Shown: positions 13,667 through 27,077 of the stretch, piece by piece
How the letters are laid out: the number at the start of each line of letters is the position of its first letter
Position numbering within the stretch: the first letter of the stretch is position 1
Assembly (NCBI GenBank): GCA_951406725.2
Contig: OX597827.1
Coordinates: 28,086,001-28,150,000, forward strand
Direction: 5' to 3'
From: Octopus vulgaris
Lineage: Eukaryota
Length of the DNA stretch: 64,000 nt
Notes under the pieces: generated by a model
What the model saw: only the letters and a program-made list of their open reading frames with translations
The model's database searches: none
Told to the model about the DNA's origin: nothing
Made by a program: the position numbers and the translations under genes

Positions 13667-13848
13667 TGCAGGCCTAGCTGTTGGGGGTGTTTGTCTTCCC
13701 TTCGTAAATATATAAGGACACAGGAAATGTGTCAAGGCCGACAGGTAGCGTCGATGCTTCCTAGGGCTAAATAGCGGTGGTGTAATGCCCCTCCCCTTAC
13801 TGTCACGTTAAGTTGACAGTATACAACCACTATATATATATATATCTA

Positions 13849-13891
<43 letters not shown>

Positions 13892-13907
13892 ATATATATA
13901 TATATAT

Positions 13908-14381
13908 ATGATGTCGTCAGCGAAACGGAGGTGGGTGAGGAGCTCGCCATTGATATTGACACCGCCTTGCCAGTCGATGCCTCTGATGATCTGCTCGAGA
14001 AATGCGGTGAAAAGTTTTGGGGAGATCGTATCTCCTTGCTTCACTCCCTTCTCGACCGGCACTCGTACGGGTGATGACAGCAGAGCTATGTCGGTGGTGC
14101 ATCCGGAATTTGCCTCCCTACAGCACGAAGAACTACAGCACGATGGACCATATATTTACTCTAACACAACTGCTTGAGCGCGCGAATGAGTACAAGCTGC
14201 CTCTTTGCGTTGCGTTTGTAGACTATCAGAAGGCCTTCGATAGCGTCGAAACCAACGCAGTGCTGAACTCGCTGCAGAAGCAAGGAGTCGAGGCGCAATA
14301 TGTGCAACTGCTAAGGGAGGCAAATTCTGGATGCACCACCGACATAGCTCTGCTGTCATCACCCGTACGAGTGCCGGTCGA
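13908..14381. mobile_element. RTE-clade LINE RT fragment with internal inversion
   Basis: Plus strand: YSTMDHIFTL..VDYQKAFDSVE. Minus strand: GVKQGDTISPKLF..HLRFADDI. Segment 14052-14118 is the reverse complement of 14314-14380. Confidence 0.88.
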
Positions 14382-14699
14382 TATATATATATATGCGCGC
14401 GCGTGTGTGTGAGTGTGTGTGTGTGTTTATGTGCGTGTGTGACTGTATGCGTGTATGTGTGTGTATGTGTATGTATATGTATATATTACAGAGTGAAAAG
14501 GTGCAAGAATTTTTTTACATGTGGTGAAATAAAATGCAAAATATAAAAAGAAGGATAAAACAGACCCCAAGACTTATTTTTTGTAAGCCTATTACTTATT
14601 CTATCGTCTCCTTTTGCCGAACCGCTAGTTTACGAGGACGTAAACACGCACACACGCAAACACACACACATACACACACACATACAAATACATGCATGC

Positions 14700-14732
<33 letters not shown>

Positions 14733-14798
14733 TATATACATACATACATACATACATATATGCATATATACATATATACATATATATATATATATACA

Positions 14799-14864
<66 letters not shown>

Positions 14865-14869
14865 GTTAG

Positions 14870-15440
14870 TTTCAACACTGGTATCACACGCAGAAGAATC
14901 CCTGCAAAGGGTCATCAACTGCTTTGAGCAGGCATGTAACGACTTTGGCTTAGTTATCAGCCTCAAGAAGACCAACATCATGGGTCAGGCTACATCGGAC
15001 ATCCCAAACACACATATTGGAGAACACAGACTACAGGAGGTGGAGCGGTTTACCTATTTTGGCTCTACCATCACCTTCAACCTATCCCTTGATTCCGAGC
15101 TCAATATACGCATTGGCAAGGGACCTGCTGTCATGGCCCAACCCTCCAAATAGCATGGGACAACAATAAGCTGATAAAGACCGCAAAAATGAAGATTTAC
15201 TAGGCATGGGTACTTAGCACTCAATTGTATGGCAGTGAGACCTGGACGCCGTACACACGCCAAGAGCGTCACCTAAATATCGTTCACCTGCGCTGCCTCC
15301 GAAAAATCCTTGGCATCAAATGGCAGAATCGTGTCCCCAAAATATATGTCCTCAAGCAAGCAGGAATACAAAGCATGTTTGCACTCCTCATACGAAGACA
15401 TGTGAGATGGCTTGGACATCCCGAAACAAGAAGGATGCCA
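14870..15440 (+). mobile_element. RTE (BovB-like) LINE 3' RT fragment
   Basis: Reads [56 protein letters not shown], with frameshifts. Confidence 0.85.
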
Positions 15441-15460
15441 ACAACAACAACAACAACATT

Positions 15461-15520
<60 letters not shown>

Positions 15521-15918
15521 ATAAGGGTTTAGCAACAAGTTGCTTGACCACATACCGAAAATTTTAGAAATAGCAGCCAAAGGACTGCTATTTCCTTTTG
15601 CTACAAAAATATGTCTCCACAGACAACAATATTTGTAACTCACATATGGCAAAAAAAAAAAAAGAAAAATAATGATATCAAACAGTCTTCGGTTAATTGT
15701 GGACGTACGTTTCTGGATTAGAATCATAAGATTCATTTCCTTCATTGACATAATATTCCGATAAATAAATCTAGAAATGCTAGGAAAACTTACCCCTTAT
15801 ATCTCCGACCAAGCGTCATCGGAACATATAAAAGTTAATCAGCACATCCACATTTATATAGACGAGTGAATTCGTACTTCCCTCCAAAATTCTACCACCA
15901 TGTGAGTCACGAAAAATG

Positions 15919-15992
<74 letters not shown>

Positions 15993-16029
15993 TGTATGTA
16001 TGTATGTATGTATGTATGTATGTATATAT

Positions 16030-16190
16030 GAGGGGCTTCTTTCAGCTTCCGTCTACCAGATCCACGTAGAAGGCTTTGGTCGACCCGAGGTTATAGCAGA
16101 AAACACTTGCCCGAGGTCCTACGCACTGGGACTGAACACGGAACCAAGTGGTTGGGAAGCAAACTTTTTACCGCATAGCTACATCTGCGC
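16030..16190 (-). mobile_element. CORE-type tRNA SINE, 5' half
   Basis: Reverse complement of the family head (GGTTCCGTGTTCAGTCCCA..CCTCGGGCAAGTG..GACGGAAGCTGAAAGAAGCCC). Confidence 0.8.
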
Positions 16191-16796
16191 CAATATTTCT
16201 ACTTCTGTGTTCATAAACCGGCCAGTGATCAATTAGCTGTGCACATGTATGCCCCAAACAAAGAATTTTTAAACGCCTACACAGACAGGCACTAGTGTCT
16301 TCGGATATGCGATGTGTTGGTATCTACGAGGATCAAATGATCTCATATGTTCTTCACATTTTTCGGTGGAGACGATGCATTTGAAAACGATTTAGGTGAT
16401 ATTTTTGGTAAATATATAGGCTTATCATTGGCTGGAAATAAGTTTGATATATTTCTTTTTCGCAGCAGCTTAAGTGGTTGAGTATACGTATGTTGAAAGA
16501 TTTTTCCGCCATAACCATTCTGTAGGAATATGTTTGCCAAAGTGTATTTTCATTGTTTGAAAGGAGGATATGGTATAGAGTGAGATTTCAGGCAGATTTG
16601 GCTGCTCTTTTGAGCATGTAGCCTAATGTTCTTCAAGTAGATAGAAATCTATACATTTGGCGGTGTTGTGTACAAGGTGGAGGGACAGATAGTGTTGAGA
16701 TAGCAGGAAAATTTCAAAAAGCTGTTTCTATGTGCCTGGGTGGGTAGGAGACATACGGCCGGCAAGCATTTCTAGAGCTGAAAGAAAAATATACAC

Positions 16797-16857
<61 letters not shown>

Positions 16858-16864
16858 CACACAT

Positions 16865-16897
<33 letters not shown>

Positions 16898-17032
16898 AAT
16901 ATATGTATATACATATATATACACATATATATATATATAGATATATAGATATATATATATATAGATATACATACATGTATATATATATATATACATATAT
17001 ATACATATACATACATACATACATATATACAT

Positions 17033-17073
<41 letters not shown>

Positions 17074-17655
17074 TCATAACAAAGAAATTTTAAAATATGC
17101 GCGCAAGATATTCCTAAAACGATATACTTTCTATAAATGCCAATAGAAGAAAAAAAAAACAGACGGTGCATTAAAAAAAAAGAAAAAGATGAAAGTGACA
17201 TATTGTGTTAAAGAAACCGATATAATAATCCTACGAGAATAAGATATGTTCTGGCGTTTGTTTATTAGAGAAAAGATATTTCCTACGAGACAGATGTTTT
17301 TGAAAAAACGTGTTGAAGAGAGAGAAATATTTTATCGAAGAAAGCCTTTCTATATCCCGGCCAATGGATGTCTTTATATATAACGGTCATCTTCTATTAT
17401 TCTTTTCTTTGACTTAGTCATTAGACAGTGGCCATGTTGGGGCAGTGCCTTCAAGCGTTTAGTCAAAGAAATCAATGCCAGTATTTTTATATATATATAT
17501 ATCAATGTGGTAATTATTCTTTCGATATGTTTTGCTGAACCGCTACTTTAAGGGCAAGGTAAGCAAATGAACATAGGCTGTTAGGTTGTCAAGAGGTGCA
17601 ACCACAAACACGCTCAACCATAGAGATATGCATAGACACCCCCATATATATATGA

Positions 17656-17810
17656 AGGAGTGGCTGTGTGGTAAGTAACTTGCTTACAAACCACATAGTC
17701 CCAAGTTCAGTTCCATTGTGTGGCACCTTGGGCAAGTGTCTTCTACTATAGTCTCGGCCTGACCAAAGCCTTGTGAGTGGATTTGGTAAACGGAAACTGA
17801 AATAAGCATG

Positions 17811-17812
<2 letters not shown>
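17656..17812 (+). mobile_element. CORE-type tRNA SINE, 5' half (a decayed minus-strand 3' half lies at ~17410-17590)
   Basis: GGAGTGGCTGTGTGGTAAG..GGCACCTTGGGCAAGTGTCTT..GGAAACTGAAA. Confidence 0.85.
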
Positions 17813-17872
<60 letters not shown>

Positions 17873-18042
17873 GCAAAATGAGAAAATAGAGGAATATATC
17901 TAAATCAATCATCAACCATCAGATAATACCCAATCAATACTTTATTAAACCATTACGTAATAGCAATGATATTATACATTAATATAGTACAAATATAACA
18001 AGACATAGAAATAGAAATAGACAATACATTTACATTGTAGCT

Positions 18043-18147
18043 GACAGCTGTTTCGGCCGTGAAGACAGGTATGTCCCATTTAACCTATTAGCCATATAAA
18101 GCAGGTATAAATGAGACATTAACAAGAATGTCTCACGGCCTCTTCAG
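18043..18147 (-). ncRNA. Type I hammerhead with long stem II and palindromic stem III
   Basis: Minus strand: CTGAAGA-GGCCGTGAGACA..~60 nt..TGTCTTCACGGCC-GAAA-CAGCTG-TC. Confidence 0.8.
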
Positions 18148-18664
18148 AGAATTTAATGCAAGTATGAAAAAAATTTACATATAAATATAAATGTGTGCAT
18201 ACACACTCATATTCCTACATATATATATACATAATAATACAATATAAACAATATATATCAATATACATTAACAAACACAATAATGTTCCATATTGAACTC
18301 CACAGTTCTATAACCAACATCAAGGAACTACAACATGTACACTTACATTTAAAGCAGGCATATATATTGAACAGTCCAATCTATTAAAATGTGTCATTAC
18401 ACAAAAAGTCAATAAAATTAATATTAATATTAATAATAATAATAACAACCACAATTGTACCATCCAAAGCAAGCGGACATCCACATATATACTCAATCAG
18501 TCGAATTCCTCTGCCCGCATGGTATTGATTTTCATAGATAGATTCGATTGGCTTATAGTTTTAAATTTAAATTACAATGGAAATTTTACGGTTAGTTAGC
18601 TAGGAAACATACACACGCGCACGCACATCCACAAATCGTGCGCACATGCATACATAGTTATATG

Positions 18665-18703
<39 letters not shown>

Positions 18704-19769
18704 CACACACCCACACACGTACACACAGACATACCCACATACACAACCAAATCATAAATGAATAAATAAATAATATAAGAGGTAGTATCTCAACTATACA
18801 CATGCAAAACAGAGGAACTCAACCGATTGCACATACACCATGGCCGTGGTATTAACAAAAAGATCCACTCACATATGTCCATAAATCAGTAAATGCAAAC
18901 ATAGATATAATTATATCCAGATAGAGAGTGTAATTTGTCATAAGGTACATAATTCATATGACACCGTATTTTTCGTAAACATAATATTTTATAACTAAGA
19001 ATGTCCGCAACTTTGCCGCTATGTTTTGTTCAGACATTCGCTAAATTATAAAGTATAGAATACCCGTATATGTTTGTCTATCAAAAGATATAAAAATATA
19101 CATATACTAATTTAACATCGGTTAAATTAGTATATATATATATATAAGAAATTAATTGTAAAAAGTCAAAATACGCTAATAATCTAAGATATATAATCAA
19201 AATAACTCCTTATAGCTTATACAGATAGCATTCCTACGTAAGAAATCCAATATTATTACAATACTAATATTTTCCTATTTAAACCCTCACCAACGAACTA
19301 ATAGAATTACACTCACATCTACATGTCCATATCTATACTCATGTGTAACAACAAACATACACATACACACCATATATTTTCACATATGATGTGCGTGTAA
19401 ACATTCGTAGTACTTATATATATATATTTTTAAGTATTAGTGGACACATAAATACATATATAATAATTAACAGGATTTAGCATTAAATAATATCAGTGGA
19501 CATATAAATACCTATAAAGCAATTAACAGGACTTACCAATAAATAGTATATAAGTAAATAACAATAAATTAAATTAATTATAAGTTAATAATTGTAATTA
19601 CTTAAAATTAAAATGTGATAAAATAAAATAAGATGAAATAATTAAAATTAAAATGAAAATATAAGTAAAAGCTTGTATACATATATATACATTATTATAA
19701 TAAATAATGGATATGTATGTATATATCTACATATAAATAAATAAATAAATGAATAAATAAATAGATAAA

Positions 19770-20180
19770 TACCATAGAATACAAATTAAGATAAATACAA
19801 AGGTAAACCTAATATATAGTACTGCTAATATGTATATATCCACATATACATAAATGAATAGATAGATAGATAAATAACATAAAATAAAATGAAAAATATA
19901 CATTGAAATGAGTACATAGATAAACTTAGTATACAGGCTACTATTATGTAAATATTTACCTATAGATAAATGAATAAATAAATAGATATATAACATAAAG
20001 TACAAATCAAGATGAGTACAAATATAGACTAAATATATAAGACTGCTAATATGTATAAAGCCAAATGTAAGTAAGTGAATAGATTTATTAATAAATAACA
20101 TAAGATACAAATTAAAATGAGTACAAAGATACACTAAATATGCAATATATAAGACTGCCAAATAAATACCTGCAAAAACC
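19770..20180. repeat. Diverged ~105-120 bp tandem repeat, about 4 units
   Basis: TACAAATTAAGATGAGTACAAA..ATATATAAGACTGCTAATATGTATA-like units start near 19780, 19899, 20001 and 20107. Confidence 0.65.
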
Positions 20181-20538
20181 CATATACTCATCCAAAACAA
20201 ACAATGTACATTCAATATAGACTCTCATTTATTACATATTAGTATTACAGTATCTAAAACCAGGTTCCCGAACTATGATACTCATACACACTTAACCATT
20301 TTGGAAATCCCCATGAATATCATATTTCTGTGTATATACCAAAATATATATATTCATGCCACAGTGTATTTCCCTTATAAACCAGGACAAAAAACAAAAA
20401 ACAATCAACATATATATTTATATATATGTGTAGCTACAAGATTATAAATTTATAAGTTGCATGTTTAAAATTGTAAAGACTACAAGTATAATCAGATATA
20501 GAGGAAAGTTAAAATATTACTAGTAGAAAAGCTAAGTT

Positions 20539-22640
20539 CTATTTAAATCTAGAGAAAATGTACGGTAGTTTATGAATGCAAAAAAAAAAATTTTTCATTA
20601 ATATTATTAACAATAGGCATACCAGCTTTGATAATGAAAAAATTTCATTAATACATAGAGAGCATTTTTTATTTTTACTATTATATACAGGTGCAGAAGT
20701 TAGTATTTTCCAATTTAATTCAAAATCTAAGTTCTTACTTTTGAGTTCCCAAATATACGCACTTAACCCCGTAGAGTACATCCTATTTTTATTTCTAAAA
20801 GTATATCTATGATAATTAAGTCTCTGTTTCATGCTATTCATAGTTACTCCGATGTATACCCTACTGCTAAATTGTGTATCCACAGTGTATTGATAAACTA
20901 CCTCTTTCTTGAGGCATTGATTACCAAACACACATTGATTTCTGTTTCTGCAATTACAGTTATCAACAGGTTGGGGTAATCTAACATTGGCCAAAATTTC
21001 TGTAACACTATTCCCATTAATAGTGTTACAATTATTTTTACTATCCAATCCCAAATTCAACGAGTGATTGGATTTATCCTTATTGGCGATATTCCTATCT
21101 ATAGTAATAGTATTGGTGGTAGTGGTATCATCTAATACATTAATATTTTTCCTTACAGGTACGGTACCATCATAATTTGCAAGAGGGTTGTTCGCGTTAG
21201 CTCCAAAAGATATATTGTTCCTACTATTAAAGAGAGGCAAATTACTATTATCCAAATTCAACTTTCTATCATTATAGAAGCAATCCAGTTTCCTGTTATT
21301 AAATGAAGAGATGATGGTGGCTAAATTATGTGTAATGCTATATCTTATTCTAACAGTTCCATTGTTAATTAATTGACCAAATTTATTCCTACCCTTAACA
21401 AAGTGCCTAAATATTACATTGTGCAAAGCTCTAACTATGTCTGTTTTTATCTGCAATGCATATGGGATTATCAGCCATAGTGTATCCTTATCAGTATTAG
21501 GGTTGCCTATCAAATTGTTATTTTTAGTAAAAACCTTGTTCCTCCTCCATCCCATATGTTTACTATCCTTAACATTGTCATTGTTATGCCTATCATTAAC
21601 AATATTACCATAATTATTGCGTAAATAAACTTTACTATTATCATACATACCATTAGTTTTGATATGCATATTATTAATATTACCACCATCACTTATGTGC
21701 GCTAATTTATTTAAACTAACGTCAACAGCTCCGAGATTACCAACACCTCTATAATTATCATATGTGTTTTTATATATCCTATTTCTCCTTGTCCTACAGT
21801 TATTATTGTTTGTCCTAAATTTATTGGTGTTGTTCCTAATAGTTCCACCTGTATTTGAAGGTTTATCCTTGGGTATATACCATATTTTACTTTTGTAGCC
21901 TGCTTTCAGCAATGCTGTATTATATCTATCACAATGCTTATTAAAAATGTCCCCGTTTGAGGATAGATAAGAGCTTCTCTGACTAATGCTACGCACTAGT
22001 GATCTTTTAATTTGAGGTGGGTGATTGCTAGGACGGTTTATATATACTAAGTTAGAATTGGGTTTAATATAAGGTTCATGTATCCCATTAGTAAGGTTGC
22101 AATTGACATCCAAATAATTGGCAGAATAGTTTTCATTTTCAATAATTATGGATAGGCCAAAACTTTTTTTAAAATGTATGTAGTCTTTTTTTCAGTAGAT
22201 CCAGTCTCCTATTTGATGTATTATTTACCAAAAATAAAGCGTCATCCCTATATAGTCCTCCTTTTAATTCAGGGAATTCCCTACTAAGGTTATCGGGTAA
22301 ATACATCCCAACCAGATCAGTCACTTCCGCTGAATCCGGCGATCCCATGGTGACGTCGAATAAATTGTGTGTCTTTTCTAGCCCAAAGTTTGTTATCAAA
22401 CTCTATTAATGTTTTTCTAGCTGTTAAGATAACCCTAATCTCCCCCATACTTAATTTGGTGTGTCTCCTAGCAAAAATTAAAGCCTTATTTAATATAATA
22501 GGGTTTATGGATGTGTAGTAATTTTGTATATCAAATTGGATGAATTTACTTCTATTATTATCACTGACCTTAATGGCAGAAAAGCAATCGAGTGCAAATT
22601 GAGTATTTTTCCAAAGGCTAAGTTTAATTTTGTTACGTGT
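20539..22640 (-). pseudogene. PLE RT + GIY-YIG ORF with Asn-rich linkers, frameshifted
   Basis: ORFs 22317..22664, 22169..22399 and 20539..22113 are collinear. Confidence 0.88.
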
Positions 22641-22833
22641 CTGTGCTTGTCCGCCCACCGTCACTTGACAACCGATGTTACATCCCCGTAACTTAGAAGT
22701 TCGGTGAAAGAGACTGAGAGAATAAGTACTAGGCTTACAAAGAATAAATCCTGAGGTCGATTTGTTCGACTAAAAGGCAGTGCTCCAGCATGGATGCAGT
22801 CAACTGACTGAAACATAAAAAAAGAATAAAAGA
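22637..22833 (+). mobile_element. CORE-type SINE, 3' half
   Basis: CTTGACAACCGATG..CCCCGTAACTTAG..AGAATAAGTACTAGGCTTACAAAG..GCTCCAGCATGG. Confidence 0.85.
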
Positions 22834-22864
22834 ATATATATACATATACATGTATATATATGCA

Positions 22865-22946
<82 letters not shown>

Positions 22947-23044
22947 TGTATCTATGTATGTATGAATAATCAAAATGGAAGAGGGAAACGGTTAATGGGA
23001 AATAACAAAGGTCAAATTAACAAAGTGTTTGAACTTATTCTGTC

Positions 23045-23317
23045 AAACACTTTTTGCTGATTCGCTAAGTTACAGCAACCCCAAAAGACAACACCGGTTG
23101 CCCAGCGGTGTCGGGTGTGACAAACAGAAACATGGTATCACACACACAACACACATAGGTGCATACATATACATATATACGCACACACATATATATAAAA
23201 ATATACACACGCGCACACACGACGTACTTCTTTCGATTTCTGCCACCAAATCCACCCATAAGTCATGGGCCAACCAAGACCTATAATAGACGTCTCTTGC
23301 CCAAAGTGCCTCGCAGT
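23045..23317 (-). mobile_element. CORE-type SINE, degenerate internal part
   Basis: GCTAAGTTAC..ACCAAATCCACCC..CTTGCCCAAAGTGCC, matching the family on the reverse strand. Confidence 0.7.
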
Positions 23318-24009
23318 TGGAGTGGGGAGAAATATATCTCTTAATTACAAAGTCGCACCTGTGCCATTACATATACGCATATATTATACACATACATATC
23401 GCACATAGTAACGATTACACATCATTTATGGTAACACATTGCGCATGGCTACATACATATGTGTGTGTGTGTGTACATGCATACATATTTTGAGTGTTTT
23501 TTTTAGATATTTCTTTTCTAATTAAAATTTTAAAATTTGAACAAAGAAATACGGTTAATGGAATCAACATTATCAATACAATTTCTCAACATTTAACCAA
23601 AAGAGATTCTTCAAAACGAGTCTGTAAATGCTATACACATGAAGTTGCGGGGCTGGGACGGGATGAAGACGGAGACATACACATCTCGACTGCTTGTGTC
23701 GAAGCCCCAAAGATAAATTAAATGGTTCAAAGTTATGGTAGCACTATAAATGACTATTAATGAAAGATTTTGCCACCTACCTTACTTTGAAATATCTCAT
23801 ATGGCCTTCGGGCCCTCGACGCACTCGCTTCAAGGGACTATTCGCCCGTCTATGTCTAGCTTCTTCCGATACCAGTTCCCTCTTCACTTTGAAAAAGATC
23901 ATTTGATCAAAAGTTCAGAGAAAATATACGCCGAAACTGTTTTGTTAATCTCAATGTTTTTGTCTTCTAAATCCGTTCTAAGTTTAATACCTCTATGTGT
24001 GTACCATTG

Positions 24010-24052
24010 CATCTATCTATCTATATCTATCTATCTGTCTATCTATCTATCA

Positions 24053-24150
<98 letters not shown>

Positions 24151-24232
24151 GTCTGTCTGTCTGTTTGCCTGTCTGTCTGTCTATCAATCTATCTATCTAG
24201 CAAGCTAGCTATCCATCTATCGATCGATCGTG

Positions 24233-24299
<67 letters not shown>

Positions 24300-24371
24300 A
24301 CTATCTATCTATTCATCTATCCATCTATCTATCTATCTATGTATTTATTTATTTATTTATTTTTCTGTCTG

Positions 24372-24453
<82 letters not shown>

Positions 24454-24630
24454 AATTTATCTAGCTATCTACCTATCTGTCTGCCTGTCTGTCTGTCTGT
24501 CTGTGTGTCTGTCTGTCTATCTATCTATCTATCTATCTATTTATCTATCAACCTGTCTTTCTATCTGTATTTCTATCTATCAATATATCTATCTATCCGT
24601 CTATCTATCTATCCATCCATCTATCTATCT
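24010..24630. repeat. (TCTA)n/(TCTG)n compound microsatellite
   Basis: Directly visible. Confidence 0.95.
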
Positions 24631-24985
24631 ATGAAAGGTATGCATATAGTTCCACACACATAGATACTGAGGTCCATGTATGCATACATATCGACTAGGC
24701 ATTTAGTGGGTCTGAACTCGAGACAGTACTCAATGCGTTGTAGATGAAAAATCGATACTTCTTTTAATAAGCAGGCGATGCCTAACAACTGTACAAGTTT
24801 TGTTTCATTGTATTCCTTCAAAGGCCAGTTTCTTTGAAGAATTACAAGAATGTTTTGAAACAGTTGTGCAGTTACAAAGCTTCACCTGCTTAACCAAAAA
24901 TTATACACTTTTTGTCGATTTTGCTTTTGTCGAATTTTGGCAACGCAAACCAACACCAGTATCTCTGTAGTTTGTTTGATCGTGG

Positions 24986-25031
<46 letters not shown>

Positions 25032-25115
25032 ATAAGTATACGTAAATATATATATGTATGTATATATATATGTATATATATATGTATGTATATATATATA
25101 TATATGTATATATTC

Positions 25116-25155
<40 letters not shown>

Positions 25156-25594
25156 ATATGTATATATATATATATATGCATAAACATACATACACGTATA
25201 TATATATACATAAATATATACACACACATATAGATATATGTTTATATACATACATATACATATATTTATACATATATATATATATATTTGTGTGTATATA
25301 TATATATATCACAGGATACACGGTATTGACTAGATTATCGAACGTCGCTCGTCACAGTGCGCTTTACACCACCTTGGCCTTCGAATAACGTCCCACTTTC
25401 CGATCATAAGACTCTTCCGTAGCAGGATGTACCCGTTTTACAGCTGAGTGGACTGCAGCACCGTGAATTGAAGTGTTTTACTCAAGAACAGAACACGTCA
25501 CCCGGTTCGGGAATCGAACACACGTTCTTGCAAGGAGTGCATGTCAAATGTGATAGAAGAGCGGTCTGTGTATTCAAAAGAGCTGAATGATATT

Positions 25595-25791
25595 CTTTTC
25601 TACTCTAGGCATAAGGCCCGAAATTTTGGGGGAGGGTGCCAGTCGATAAGATCTACCCCAGTACGCAAATAGTACTTAATTTATCGATTCCGAAAAGATG
25701 AAAGCTAAAGTCGACCTTGGCGGAATTTGAACTCAGAACGTAAAGACAGACGAAATACCGCTAAGTATTTCGCCCTGCCAGCTTGCCGCCT
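25595..25791 (-). mobile_element. tRNA SINE with Nin/Deu-like central domain
   Basis: Reverse complement of GGCGGCAAGCTGGCAG..CCGCCAAGGTCGACTTTAGCTTTCATCTTTTCGGAATCGATAAATTAAGTAC. Confidence 0.85.
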
Positions 25792-25807
25792 TAGAGCTTA
25801 ATGATAT

Positions 25808-26061
25808 TAGTATAGTCTATTATCACAGTTCGGGGGCATCTTAGGTTTCAAAATGCATATTTGTTGACAGCCGTTTAATGTCTATGGTACTCCTGTATCT
25901 CTCATCGCCTTCTTATTTGACTCTGAGACCATACGAAACCATAAAAATCTTACGGCGCTGAGACCATAAGTGACCTTAAGAAACATAGACATTAATTCGT
26001 TGTTTTCAAATATGGATTTTGAAATCTAAGGTACCGCGAACTGTGACGGTTAACTATACTA
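25808..26061. mobile_element. MITE with ~80 bp imperfect terminal inverted repeats
   Basis: TAGTATAGT..TCACAGTTCG..CTTAG..TTTCAAAAT..CATATTTG..TTAATGTCTATG is mirrored at the right end. Confidence 0.75.
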
Positions 26062-26854
26062 TAAATTAGACATTGTGTGTATGTATGTGTGTGTGTGTGT
26101 GCGAGCGTGCGGGCGTGTCTCGGGCCTCAGACAAGGTTTTCTATGCATCTGTGCACGCATACGCAAGCTCTGCTCACCTAGCTAGCCTGTTTGGGACCAG
26201 TGTCACCGTATAATTTCTTTCATTGCGCTCAGAGTGTCTTACAGTTTCCCGTCTAACACCTAATTTAGCAATTTAGGCCCAGCTTTACGTATTTCTTGAA
26301 GAGACCGCTCCCTTAGACAGAGGCGCACAGCATAGCCGAGAAACAATCAGATTCTAGTAAGGCTAGAAGCAATACTGAGCAGATACTAATCGCTGTTTCT
26401 CCGAGGAAATGCGTACATCTTCCGAAAGAACTGTACCCTATATTAATATATTTTTAAGAAGGCGTTTGCTAGGGTTTGGCATGGTGCTCGTGGGCCGCAA
26501 TGAAGCATTTCAATATCGAATCAAAGCTGATTCGTATTATCCAATTGCACATATGTCACGATCGAGAAATGGCCCTATTTTACAGAGGAGTCCTTCAAGA
26601 CTGACTCATTCATATCCTTCGTTTTCTCCCAGTACCGTACGAGACTAGGTCGTGTGGATACCCTTGGAGATCGTATAACTACACTGAGCAAGGGAGGGAC
26701 AACTGACTACACAAGATAAATAGGTTAAGTGAACGGTTGGTTAAGCGTCTTTCACAAAACCTCCCATTCTCTATATATTATAATGTGTGTGTATATATAT
26801 ATGTGTGTGTGTGTGTGTGGTATGATGTGTGGTGCGTGTGTTTATATTGATTTC

Positions 26855-27060
26855 AAATTTTGGCGCAACGCCAGTAATTTCGAAGCAGAGAGTAAACGGC
26901 TGCTTCTACCACAGTACTCAACTGGTACTTACTTTATCGACCCCCGAAGGATGAATGCAAATTCGCCACTCACCGAATCTCAACTGAAAACGTAAAGACG
27001 GACGAAATGCCGCTAAGCATTTCACTCCACATGCACAGGATTTTGCCAGTTCGCCGCCTT
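26855..27060 (-). mobile_element. tRNA SINE with Nin/Deu-like domain, degenerate
   Basis: CTGGTACTTACTTTATCGACCCCCGAAGGATGAATGCAAA..GCCAGTTCGCCGCC. Confidence 0.8.
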
Positions 27061-27077
27061 TGCGTGTTTTTACACTA

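Larger units (their letters stand above)
17873..22640 (-). mobile_element. Penelope-like element (third family) with long AT-rich 3' region and hammerhead, 5'-truncated
   Basis: RT motifs FIQFDIQNYY, FDVTMGSPDSAE and GGLYRDD; GIY-YIG CNCRN..CLKKEVVYQ..YIGVT..LSAYIWELK..CSLCINE. The 3' boundary is inferred from the HHR at 18043 and the adjoining (TA)n. Confidence 0.85.

Noticed and set aside
15680-16440. Possible minus-strand exons (IYLSEYYVNEGNESYDSNPET; ANDKPIYLPKISPK)
   Set aside because: Short, with no recognisable domain, and the splice signals could be chance.
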